From: the human T2T-CHM13v2.0 reference genome, Homo sapiens
Assembly (NCBI RefSeq): GCF_009914755.1
Contig: NC_060948.1
Reading direction: 5' to 3' (one strand)
Length of the DNA: 64,000 nt
Shown in pieces: positions 43,013-55,620 of this stretch. Below the pieces are notes generated by a model. That model was not told where the DNA came from. It ran no database searches and was given only the letters and a program-made list of their open reading frames with translations. The stretch's first letter is position 1. Each line of letters starts with the position of its first letter. The position numbers were made by a program, and so were the translations under genes.

Positions 43013-44577
43013 TTATTCTCTTATCTGGCCCCACCCACATCCTGCTGATTGGTCCATTTTAGAGAGAGCCGATTGGTCTGTTTTACAGAGCGCTGAATGG
43101 TCTGTTTTGACAGGGTGCTGACTGGTGCATTTACAATCCCTGAGCTAGACAAAGAGGTTCTCCACATCCCCACTAGATTAGCTACATAGAGAGTGTCGAT
43201 TGGTGTATTTACAAATCCTGAGCTAGACACAGAGTGCTGATTGGTGCATTTACAAACCTTGAGCTAGATACAGGGAGCCAACTGGTGCATTCACAATCCC
43301 TTAGCTAGACATAAAGATTCCCCAAGTCCCCACCAGATTAGCTAGACACAGAGCTCTGATTGCTACACTTACAAACCTTTAGCTAGACACAGAGTGCTGA
43401 CTGGTGCATTCACAATCCCTTAGCTTGACATAAAGGTTCTCCAAGTCCCCACTAGATTAGCTAGATACAGAGTGCCAATTGGTGCATCCACTAACCCTGA
43501 GCTAGACACAGTGTGCTGATTGGTGTGTTTACAAACCTTGAGCTAGATACAGAGTGCTGATTGGTGTATTCACAATCCCTTAGCTAGACATAAAGATTCT
43601 CCAAGTCCCCACCAGATTAGCCAGATACAGAGTGCCGGTTGGTACATCCACAAATCCTGAGCTAGACAGAGGGTGCTGATTGGTGTGTTCACAAACCTTG
43701 AGCTAGATACAGAGTGCTGATTGGTGTATTCACAATCCCTTAGCTAGACATAAAGACTCTCCAAGTCCCCACCAGATTAGCTAGATACAGAGTGCCGGTT
43801 GGTGCATCCACAAACCCTGAGCTAGACACAGGGCGCTGATTGGTGTGTTCACAAACCTTGAGCTAGACACAGCGTGCTGATTGGTGCACTCACAATCCCT
43901 TAGCTAGACACAGAGGTTCTCCAAGTCCCCACTAGACTCAGGAGCCCAGCTGGCCTCACCCAGTGGATCTTATACCAGGGCCACAGGTGGAGCTGCCCGC
44001 CAGTCACTCACCGTGCGCCTGCACTCCTCAGCCCTTGGGCGGCCGATGGGACCAGGCACCATGGAGTAGGGGGTGGCGCTCGTCCAGGAGGCTCAGGCCA
44101 TGCAGGAGCCCATGGCGGTTGGGGGAGACTCAGGCATGGTGGGCTGCAGGTCCCAAGCCCTGCCCCGTGGGGAGGCAGCTAAGGCCGGGTGAGAAATCCA
44201 GCACAGCGCTGGTGGGTCAGCACTGCTGGGGGACCCGGCACACCCTCTGCAGCTGCTGGCCTGGGTACTAAGTCCCTCACTGCCTGGGGCTGGCAGGGCT
44301 GGCCGGCCACTGCAAGTGCAGGGATCAGCAAGCCCACACCCACCCAGAACTCTAGCTGGCCCACAAGCACTGCACGCAGCCCTGGCTCCCACCCCTGCCT
44401 CTCCCTCCACACCTCCCCGCAAGCTGAGGGAGCTGGCTCCGGCCTCGGCCAGCCCACACAAGGGCTCCCATGGTGCAGTGGAAGGCTGAAGGGCTCCTCA
44501 AGCATGGCCAGAATGGGCGCTGAGGCTGAGGAGGCACCGAGAGTGAGCCAGGGCTGTCAGCATGCTGTCACCTCTCA
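43013..44577 (-). mobile_element. 3' LTR12 (U3 only; R/U5 missing)
   Basis: Starts TGAGAGGTGACAGCATGCTG at 44,577 after PPT-like CAGGGGGGAT; homology to the other LTR stops at the AATAA box near 43,013. Confidence 0.92.
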
Positions 44578-44580
44578 ATC

Positions 44581-44960
44581 CCCCCTGGCAGTTTTGGAGA
44601 GTCACTGCTGCCAAAGAGTCTATTTGGGATTATAAAGTAAGAACAGATTTCGCTATTTCTTGCAAACTGTCTGAGATATCCTTGGAGAGTGTGTGGTAGT
44701 AGGATAATGAAGTAGATAAACCACATATTCTGGTTCCTGTAGCCATAGCCATTCCTAACCCTTTAAGGAGGGGTATTAGTTGTATGGCTCTGCACTGACA
44801 GACTTGAGCTTTGAGGGGTACTGATAAGGTCTGATTTCCTGGGGCAATGATAATGTTGGGACTTAGACTAAGGTGCAGGTGCCTGTCAAGTTAGTGGGGA
44901 GGCAGATACAGGTCGTTGTTCCACATAAGAAGAATCTGCCTTGTCTGGGTAGACAGAACT
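44581..44960 (-). pseudogene. env: HERV9 env remnant (SU end, mutated furin site, fusion peptide, start of ISD)
   Basis: FFLCGTTTCICLPTNLTGTCTLV / PGNQTLSVPLKAQVCQCR-AIQLIPLLKGLG...SQIDSLAAVTLQNCQG. Confidence 0.88.
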
Positions 44961-45249
44961 TAACCCTGGCTTTTAAAGGAATAGTGTACACTGTTTTTTT
45001 TTCTTTACTATTTCTTTCTCTCTCTTTCTCTCTTCAACTCCTTCTTTGTCTCTTCCTCTCTTTTTAACTCTCTCTTTGACTTTCTGTGTCTGTCCCTCTT
45101 TCTCTCTGACTCCTTCTCTTTGTCCCTCTGTTCCTTCCTCTCTCTCTCTCTTTCTCTGACTTTCTTTTTCTCTCCTTCTTGCTGGTCTTTCCCTACCTCT
45201 GCCAGTCACTCATGCTGCTGTTCTCCCCTCTTCTTCCCATTTTGATGGC

Positions 45250-47438
45250 TTTGGCAGTGTAAGAGTGCCACCTACTTGTGTTTTTGCATTGCATGCAATA
45301 ATTCTATAATTTCCTTGTGGCATTTAACAGGGGTTCCCCCAGAGGTTAGGAACTCCCTCTCTTTCCATATTGCAGCATGGGCATGTAGGATTAGATAAGC
45401 ATATTTGCTATCTGTATACACATTTATTCTTTTTCCCTTTCCCAGTTCTAAGGCTCGGGTAAGTGCCACTAGTGCTGCTAACTGGGCACTGGTCCCTGGG
45501 GGAAGAGGCTTACTTTCAAGTATGGATACATCACTAACTATGGCATAACCTGCCCTTCGTATCCCATTCTCCATAAATGAACTTCCGTCGGTATATAGGT
45601 TAAGGTCAGGATTAGTTAAAGGGACTTCTAAGAGATCATCTCAGGCGGCAAAAGTCTGGACTATAATTTGTTGGCAGTCATGCTCGATTGGTTCCCCATC
45701 CTCTGGGAGAAAAGTGGCAGGGTTGAGGGCCATGCACATGAGTATTTGAAGCGCCAGTCCCTCAAGGAGTAGCACCTGGTATCTAAGTAGGTGGTTGTCT
45801 GATAGCCACAAACTTCCTTTGGCACCTAGTATGCCATTTACATCATGAGTAGTCCAGACAGTGAGATCCTTTCCTTGTATTATTTTGATAGCCTCTGACA
45901 CTAAGACGGCCACTGCTGCAGCTACCCTTAAACAGTGAGGGCAGCCTTTTGCTACTACATCAATTTCCTTACCTAGGTATGCCCCTGGTTGTGGGGTTGT
46001 CCCACGAGTCTGAGTAATGACTCCAAGAGCTATCCTAGCTCTCTTTGTGAAGTATAAAGAGAAGTTTTGTCCTGTGGGAAGGCTTAAAGCTGGAGCTTCT
46101 ACTAGGGCCTGCTTTAAGGTTTTGAAGGCTGTTTCTGCCTCTGGTTCCCATTCTACTAGATGAGTATTTGCCTTCTGGGTTTCCTTGATTAGAGTATAGA
46201 GGGGCCTGGCTATCTTGTTGCATCTGGGGATCCACAGTCGGCAAAAGCCAGTAATTCCAAGGAACCCCGCAACTGTTTTAATGTTTTAGGGTGGGGATAA
46301 GCCAGTAGAGGCTGTATTCATTCCTTGCTGAGGGCCCTGGTCCCTCTGGCTAAGATTAGGCCTAGATATTTGACCTGCTCTAGGCAAAGCTGGGCCTTCG
46401 ACCTAGACACCTTGTACCCTTGATTAGCTAGAAAGTTCAAGAGATCTAGAGTAGCCTGCTGGCATGAGGCTTCCAAACTGGTAGCCAAAATAAATCATCC
46501 ACATACCAAAGGACCAGAGTGCCTGGACTTGAGAAGTGGCCAAGATCTTGGGCCAGTGCCTGATCAAACAGGTGAGGGCTATCCCTAAACCCTTGGGGCA
46601 AGACCGTCCATGTTAAGTTGGGACATGTGGTTTGTGGGATCCTCAAAGGCAAAGAGGAACTGGGAGTCAGAGTGCAGGGGAATACAGAAGAAGGCATCCT
46701 TGAGGTCCAGAAGCATGAACCATTTTGCTTCCTCTGGTATTTGAGAGCAGGGTATCGGGGTTGGGTACAACTGGATATAGAGGAATTACTGCCTCATTGA
46801 TGAGTCTAAGATCTTGCACTAGTCTCCACTGACCGTTTGCTTTTCCTACTCCTAGGATTGGGGTGTTGCAGGGATGGCTGCATTTCCTTACTGAGCCTTG
46901 AGCTTTCAAATGTTTAACAATATTCTGTAGCCCTTTATTAGCTTCAGGCCTTAAGGGATAGTCTTTGATAAGGAAAAGTGGTGGGATCTTTTAAACTGAT
47001 TTGGACTGGGTGGGCATTTTTTGCCCTTCCAAATTGTCCTTCCAATGCCCAGACTTCAGGGTTGATTCCCTCCTCAAGTAGGGGACAACAAATGGGTAAG
47101 TTCTTCCCCATATTCATGTAGATAATAGCTCCAGCCTTGGCTAATATACCCCTCCCTAATAAGGGTGTGGGACTTTCAGGCATAACAAGAAAGGGATGTG
47201 AAAAGACCAAAGTCTCCCAATTACAACTCAGGAGGTGGGAGAAATACCTGGTAACAGGTTGTCCCAGGATTCCTCAGATGGTAACGGACCTTGAGGACAG
47301 TCGTCCAGGACCAGAGATTAACACTGAGAATGCCGCACCAGTGTCCAGGATGAAGTCAATTTCCGGGCCCTCAATAGTTAAACATACCCGGGGCTCAGTG
47401 TGGGTGATGGCATGAGCTGGTGCTTGCCCGGGGCACCC
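45250..47438 (-). pseudogene. pol: HERV9 pro-pol remnant (protease, RT, RNase H; integrase absent)
   Basis: IDFILDTGA (protease), [24 protein letters not shown] (RT), RRAGYAIVS..SAQLA..YTDSKYA (RNase H); frameshifts and stops. Confidence 0.93.
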
Positions 47439-48902
47439 TCAGTCCTGTTGTTGGATTATCTGGTTGGGGGCTTCTGACCCAGGAAAACTTCATCCTCTGG
47501 GGCAGTGCACCTTCCAGTGATTGTCTCAGTGTAGTGGACATGGACGAGGGGGCAGCTTGTTTCTCATTGGACAATCTTTTTTAACGTGTCCTAGTAAGCC
47601 ACACTGATAACAAGCCCTACCAGGTGATTGGACTGCTCCATTTTCTGTCCTCTCTGAATCACCAAGGTTTGTTTATCTCAGGGCCAGGACTAAGGCTGCA
47701 GCCTTTCTCTGACCTCGCTTTTCCTTTTGGGCCTGTTCCTCTTGGTCCCTATTATAGAACGACGAGGTTTGCCAGGTTTAATAATGCCTCTAGATTTTGT
47801 TCAGGGCCCAGGGCTTGCTTTTGGAGCTTTCTCCTGATAGCTGTGGCTGATTGGGTAATAAATTTATCTTTTAGAATCAATTGACCCTCGAGGGATTCAG
47901 GCGAGAGGGGAGTATATATTCTTAAGACCTCTCGTAGCTGCTCGAGGAAGGCAGAAGGATTTTATTCCTTTCCCTGTGTTATGGTGGACATCACTGAATA
48001 ATTCATGGGCTTTTTTCTAATCCTCCGTAGTCCCTCTAGAACACAGGTCAACAGATGTTTACAACTCCAGTCCCCATGATCTGAGTCAAGGTCCCAGTGG
48101 GGATCCATACTGGGGATGGCTTGCTGACCAGTAGGGAATTTGTGCCTTTCTTCAGCTGTCATTCTATCATTTACTGACTAAGATACCAGGTATCTCCAAA
48201 CTCTCAGGCTGCAGCTAAAGCCACATTCTTTTCATTAAAGACCAGGGTTTGATCTAAGAGTAGCATGACATCTCTCCAAGCGAGGTCAAAGGTTTGCCCT
48301 AGACCCTGTAGGACATCTACGTACCTATCAGGATCATCTGAAAACTTCCCCAGGTCTGCCTTGATCTGCTTTAAATCAGAGAGGGAGAAGGGGACATGCA
48401 CCTGGGTTGGGCCAAGTTCTCTGCCCCCTACAGCTTGAAGGGGACATAACCGATTGCCTGGGGGGCGGGTTGTGGTCCTCTGGAGATTTCTTTGCTTATT
48501 TCCTTCTGGGCAGGGGAGATTAGAGGAGGATTATCATTCATAGGAAGGGGAGCTATAGGGAGGCTAGGATATGGGGGTAAGCTGAGAGGTCCTCCTGTGG
48601 GATGTAAATTGTAAGCTTTGCATAGTTGTGTATTCTCCCTCAATGAAAAGAAAGCTTGGACATAAGGTATTTCACTCCATTTGCCTTCCCTCTTACAGAA
48701 AAGGTCAGGATGCAGGATAGTATTGTAATTTCTACTTCCCTCACGTGGCCATTTTTCCCCATCAAAGAGGGAATATTGGGACCAAGCCGTAGTGCAGAAA
48801 AAAAATGAGCCACCTCTTTTTCAGGGTTTGTGGGTTAAATTGGTCCCAATGGTTTAGCATGCATTTCAAGGGTGAGCCTGTTGATGCCTGAGTGTTTCCC
48901 AT
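47439..48902 (-). pseudogene. gag: HERV9 gag remnant
   Basis: ATG GGA AAC ACT CAG at 48,902; VPFSLSDLKQIKADLGKFSDDPD, MHR-like ITQGKE, CYQCG..H knuckle; ends QQD-TGA at 47,439; disrupted. Confidence 0.92.
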
Positions 48903-50154
48903 CTGAAAGACAAAACCGCCTGCGGTTTTGGTTTGTTTTGTTTCTCCCCCTGCCCTAGAACCCGCAACGGTCCCTGGACCCTGCTGATCAGAATAGTTGC
49001 ACTCACCAACGCATCAGCAGAAACAACCCCTGCCCAGGAACCCACAATGGTCCCTGGACCCTGCTGGTCAGAATAGTTGTGCTCACCGACGCTGCAGCGG
49101 AAACACTAGCTTTCCTTCCAGACCACATGGAGGACTGAGGAAGGTCGGTCCTTACCGATGCATTCTCAAAAACCTGCACCCTTGCCTGTCCTCCTAGACC
49201 ACAAAGAGGACAGACTGAGAAAAATCGGATTTAGTGGCCCTTACCGACACATTCTTAAAAACCTGTTAGAGTCCTAAGCATTCACCTTTTAGTGTTGGGA
49301 CTTTACCCCTGTCCTATACAGATGTTATGCCCCAAAAATGAAGTGGAGGGCCATACCCTGAGGGAGGGAGGGGATCTCCAGGGTGGAAGAGTGACACATT
49401 TTGTCCTCACTTACATGAATAGGAAGGATACAATTTCTGAGGCTCCCCATATCCTAGCTTCAGGAATAGTTTTTGTTAGGCCTATTAGTCGGAGGAGGGA
49501 TCCTAAAATTCCAGGTAGTCCCCACTACGACAGGGCTTTGGGCAAAAGTTATGTCTTTCTGATTGGTGAGCCCAGGTGCCTGAAGAAAGTAACAGAGTCC
49601 TGGACTTTATACTAGAAATCATTCTTATAGGAGAAACTAGAAAAGCACCAGAGACAGGTAACAATTTTTAGAAGGAGGACTAACCTCAGAGAAGAGAGTC
49701 AAGAGGAAGTTTGTGTGGCAAGCATTTGGACACAGAGGGCAAGGGTCAGGGATAGATAAGATAGATGGGTGAGTCTCGCTTGGGCGACATGCCTTTGAGA
49801 GTTCCACTCATGGCCGTAGGGTCAACCAACGTGTTGTCGGGACCCCGGAGCTGAATGGCTTTCCTCTCTGTTGACCCTCGGCTGAGCCCAGAAGTACAGG
49901 AAAAGCAGAAGCTTGTTCTAGGCAAACCAACGCTCCCAACTCCGAAGAGCTGGGGGTTGTTAGAGAGCCCATTTCCAGAAAGCCTGACACCCGTGTCTTT
50001 AGTCCGGTGGCCACACTAGTCGCTTTTAGCTGGCCGACAGGTGCCCGATATTTAACCCCCGAATTCTAAGGAAAATAGGATAGAATAGCAAGTGAAAGGG
50101 GTCTGATGGTACTCACTGCTTGGTGACAGGCGACAGTCTCACCGCTTGGCGATA

Positions 50155-50172
50155 GTCCCTTCGTGGTCACCA
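50155..50172 (-). promoter_or_regulatory. Primer-binding site (tRNA-Arg type, as in ERV9)
   Basis: TGGTGACCACGAAGGGAC lies 3 nt inside the 5'LTR end. Confidence 0.8.
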
Positions 50173-50175
50173 AAA

Positions 50176-52001
50176 TGTGTCCGGAATTGGTGGGTTCTTG
50201 GTCTCACTGACTTCAAGAATGAAGCCGTGGACCCTTGTGGTGAGTGTTACAGTTCTTAAAGGCAGCATGTCCGGAGATTTTCCCTTCTGGTGTGCGGATG
50301 TGTTTGGAGTTTCTTCCTTCTGGTGGGTTTGTGGTCTCGCTGGCTGATGAGTGAAGCTGCAGACTTTCGCGGTGAGTGTTACAGCACTTAAGGCAGCACG
50401 TCTGGAGTTGTTCGTTCCTCCCAGTGGGTTCATGGTCTCGCTGGCTTCAGGAGTGAAGCTCCAGACCTTTGCAGTGAGTGTCACAGCTCATAAAGGCAGT
50501 GTGGACCCAAAGAGTGAGCAGTAGCAAGATTTATTGCAAAGAGCAAAAGAACAAAGCTTCCACAGAGTGGAAGGGGACCCGAGCAGGTTGCCACTGTGGG
50601 CTCAGGCAGCCTGCTTTTATTCTGTTATCTGACCCCACCCACATCCTGCTGATTGGTCCATTTTAGAGAGAGCCGATTGGTCTGTTTTACAGAGAGCCAA
50701 TTGGTCTGTTTTACAGAGAGCTGATTGGTCTGTTTTGACAGGGTGCCGATTGGTGCATTTACAATCCCTGAGCTAGACGCAAATGTTCTCCACCTCCCCA
50801 CTAGATTAGCTAGATACAGAGTGTCGATTGGTGTATTTACAAACCCTGAGCTAGACACAGAGTGCTGATTGGTGCATTTACAAACCTTGAGCTAGATACA
50901 GAGTGCCGACTGGTGCATTCACAATCCCTTAGCTAGACATAAAGATTTTCCAAGTCCCCACCAGATTAGCTAGATACAGAGCTCTGATTTGGTGCATTTA
51001 CAAACCTTGAGCTAGACACAGAGTGTGGACTGGTGCAGTCACAATCCCTTAGCTGGACATAAAGATGCTCCAAGTCCCCACCAGATTAGCTAGATACAGA
51101 GTGTCGGTTGGTGCATCCACAAACCCTGAGCTAGACAAAGGGTGCTGACTGGTGTGTTCACAAACCTTGAGCTAGACACAGAGTGCTCATTGGTGCACTC
51201 ACAATCCCTTAGCTAGACACAAAGGTTCTCCAAGTCCCCACTAGATTCAGGAGCCCAGCTGGCCTCACCCAGTGGATTTCACACCGGGAGGCAGGTGGAG
51301 CTGCCCACCAGTCCCTCACCATGCACCCACACTCCTCAGCCCTTGAGTGGTCAATGGGACCGGGTGCCCTTGAACAGGGGGCGGTGCTCACTGGGGAGGC
51401 TCAGGCCAGGCAGGAACCCATGGTGGGGAGGGGGGGTGATGGCGGGGACTGAGGGGGGTGGCAGGAGGGATTGGGTGGGTGGGAGCGGTTGGGGGGGGCG
51501 GTTTTGTGAGGACAGCGGCGGAGGGCGGGCGGCGGTACGGGTGTGGAGCCTCAGGCATGGGGGGCTGCACGTCTGGAGCCCTACCGCACGGGGAGGCAGC
51601 TAAGGCCCGGCGAGAAATCGAGGGCAGCACCAGTGGGCCAGCCGTGCTGGGGGACCCGGTGCACCCTCACAGCTGCTGGCCTGGGTGCTAAGCACCTCAC
51701 TGCCTGGGTACAGCAGGGCCGTCTGGCTGGCTGCTCCGAGTGCGGGCCTGCCAAGCCCACACCCACCCGGAACTCAAGCGGGCCCGCAAGCGCCGGGAGC
51801 AGCCCCGGATCCCCCCGCCGTGCCTCCCCCTCCATACCTCCCACAAGCGGAGGGAGCCGCCTCCAGCCTCGGCCAGCCCAGAGAAGAGCTCCCATGGTGC
51901 AGCGGCAGGCTGAAGGGCTCCTCAAGTGCAGCCAGAATGAGCACTGGGGCCGGGGAGGCACCGCGAGCAAGCGAGGGCTGCCAGCACGCTGTCACCTCTC
52001 A
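50176..52001 (-). promoter_or_regulatory. Complete 5' LTR12 (1,826 bp): CpG-rich U3, CCAAT/GATA tandem enhancer repeats, AATAAA TATA-like box
   Basis: TGAGAGGTGACAGCGTGCTGG...CCAATTCCGGACACA termini; repeated gattgg (NF-Y) and tagata units at 50,650-51,245; ttttatt at ~50,615. Confidence 0.93.
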
Positions 52002-52007
52002 CTAAGA

Positions 52008-52857
<850 letters not shown>

Positions 52858-54289
52858 CATACAAGTCACCATGCTATGTCTAGATATGGCTGTGCTGGAG
52901 GAGTAATGCCTTCTAACCTGCCTAGCAGTCACTTCCTCTGTCCTTTACAGGCTCCTGTGTCATGCCAGGAGGACAAAGGGCTGATGATTTGACCAGCAGT
53001 TTCCTGGCTACCATTCCTCAGCCAGGAGGAACCAAGCTTCCCAACATGAAGCAAAACCAAACCCATTTAAAAAGTAAAGGTGATGATGGTAGGCTCCTGC
53101 ATGTTTTCTGAAATTACCTATATTCCTCTCATCCTGTGCTCACAGGCATGTGACATAGGTAAGACTGAAAACTGGATTGAATTGTGAGGAAAGAACAAGT
53201 TTTCCCCAGCTCCCAAGCACGTCCCATCTGAATACTGGAAACTATGTGTAAATCTTAAACAGCAGGGTGTGGAGGAGAATCCGTTCAAATTAGAGTCGAA
53301 TGTTATGAAGACATCCCAGGATCCTCCTGGGGAAGGAGATCTGAACCATCAGGCACCTGAAGAACTGCTTGGTGGCGAGGTAGTGTCGAGGCATTTCAGT
53401 GTGGTTAGTGCTACACATAGCCTCTATGCAGATGGGTGAGAAGCCTGATTGTCTTTGACTAAGACTGAATTTGGTTCCACTTCAAACTCTTATTCTACTG
53501 CATGGTAGAAATGAAATAGCAGGCAGTTCAGGCTTTCCCATGATGTTACACAAAACAATATGAAATTGCTGCTATTTGATCATTTCTAAACTATAAAAAT
53601 TGCAACTACATATGGCCCAGATGATAATTTGTCTCCATCACTCCCAGGGTTTGTGACAGTCATGATCCCAGGGGCCACCTGGTTTCCATCACCACCCACT
53701 CTGTTGTGCCTCCGAGATGTCCTTGCTCTCCTATGCTCTCCATCACTGGTCCACGAAGACCTCATCTGCCTTAGCCCCATCAGCCAGGGCTTTCTGAGGC
53801 TGGAGTGAATCATCTCAGCAATTCCCACATCTCCCTTGGGTGCTGCTATGAAAGGTCTGTGACAGGAATGAGGCACAGTCCCTTTTCTCAGTGACATTTA
53901 CCAACAGCCAAACTCTCGTGGTCCCTAGTCTCTGTTCTCTCCCGCTCTCTGGAGTGAGAAGAACCAGTTCTTCCAACTTTATTTACTCTTCCAAGTCAAA
54001 TGCTTCTGGCATCAACTTAGTACCTGAACTGTAAGGGTCAGGGTTTTAAGCTCCTGCATCTCAAACCTTTGGTGTGGAAACAGAAAACATGAGTTTCTCT
54101 TCATATTCCCCAGCATCCCTCCTTTTAGACAGCAGATACCTCCCAGTGTAGCTCCAATGGGAGAAAGCCCTTGGGGTGAAAATAGTGAGGAAATCAGGAC
54201 CCGCGCATCACCTTGGTGTGCAGTGGGTGTCTGGCTCCTCTCATGCCTGGGTCTTGTCCAGGTGTGTGGGATGCTCCTGACAGGGAAAG

Positions 54290-54365
54290 TCCTGACCTCT
54301 CATTTCCAAGCTGTGTAACCCTGGGCAAGCCACTGACCTCTCTCCAAACATCAGTTTCCTCAGGC
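54290..54365 (+). mobile_element. MIR fragment
   Basis: agctgtgtaaccctgggcaagccactgacctctc...cagtttcctca. Confidence 0.65.
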
Positions 54366-55469
54366 CCTCAGAGTTAGAAAACATACTGCCAGCAGGCCCA
54401 AGGCTCATCCTGTATGGTCAAATACAGTCAAGCAGAGAGAGAAAAATCTTCTGGATTCAATGCAAATGCAACAACTTCCTGTTGCATTAGGAGTAGCAAG
54501 ACTGGCTGGCTTTCTAAAAGCTTAGAGATATTATTTTTGAAGCTATCTGTGTATACTTTATTCCCTTTCATACATACCCCTCCTGGCTGACCCAAATGAA
54601 AAAAGATACGAAACTCGTTTCTGGCCCGGCTCTTGCCTGCTCAGATGGAATGTGTGGTGATACGCCCATTTTTCCGCTCAGCTGTATTCCTGTTTATTCC
54701 TGTGAACACATGGTCTCTGTAATTGGCAATAATTTTTTTCTTTGGGATATTTACCTTCCTTTTGTGGGACAGCCCAGATTCTTGGGTGGATTCGTTTCCC
54801 ACTGAATTACCAGAAAAGGGCACAATGTGATTGGGAGAACTACGTGGAAGAAAGCTCAGCTCCCAGGCCGTCACACAAGCAACTCTGTGCTCCCATCTAT
54901 GTCAGAGCCTGGGGACTATGAGGAGATTGCAACGGAACATCCTGTCCCCTCCACCAACATTCTTTCCCCACGAAGCAGTGGCATTTTCTTTTGTGTTCTC
55001 ACACAATTCAGACTAGGTGGAGTAGCCTGTACGGAATGACTGGAATGACCCTACTGAGCAGAAGTGTTCCCCTTCTCCCTTGCCAAAACTGTGGGCTGAG
55101 AGAGAACCCGCCTGATAGCCCCCTGCTTTGGAGGTGTTTCTGCGGTGGTCCTTTTAAAAAGGGTGTATTCGGGGCATGGGTTGAAACACCAAGCAAGTGT
55201 AAATCACAGGCTTCACACACTTGCCTTTTGGGAGGCAGGTCAGCTCCAACCTGCAGCAGCTGAGAAAGAATACATAGGGGTCCTTGAGGACAGAGAGCTT
55301 TGTTGATGACCAGCCTTAGGGTATAGGAGAAAGAGAAAGGCCGGAGCAGCCACAGCCACTTCTCTGTGCCCAGCAGTGTAGCCACCCGCCTAGCAATGCT
55401 CCAGCCATGCAGAATGGGCCTGCCTCCTCTCTGCCTTGTCCTGAGGATGGAGATATCTCTGACCTGGAG

Positions 55470-55620
55470 GTCCTAGGACCTCACTTCCTAAATGTGTGAC
55501 CCTAGATAAGTTGCTTAACCTCTACCGGAACCTCAATTTCATCATCTGTAAAACAAGAATAATCAACCCACCTACCTCATAGGGTTGTTTTGATACTTAA
55601 ATGAGACAAAGCATGTGTCT
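55470..55620 (+). mobile_element. MIR
   Basis: tgtgtgaccctagataagttgcttaacctct...catctgtaaaac...acctcatagggttgtt. Confidence 0.8.

Larger units (their letters stand above)
43013..52001 (-). mobile_element. HERV9 (ERV9) provirus with LTR12-family LTRs, internally deleted
   Basis: 5'LTR-PBS-gag-pro-RT-RNaseH-(deletion)-env fragment-PPT-3'LTR, all on the minus strand. Confidence 0.95.

Noticed and set aside
43110-43935. Regular repeats resembling a CRISPR array
   Set aside because: Standard LTR12 U3 41/78-bp enhancer repeats; no unique spacers, no cas genes, eukaryotic context.
48945-49265. 79-bp and ~27-bp direct repeats in the HERV9 leader
   Set aside because: Recalled as ordinary features of ERV9 internal sequence.
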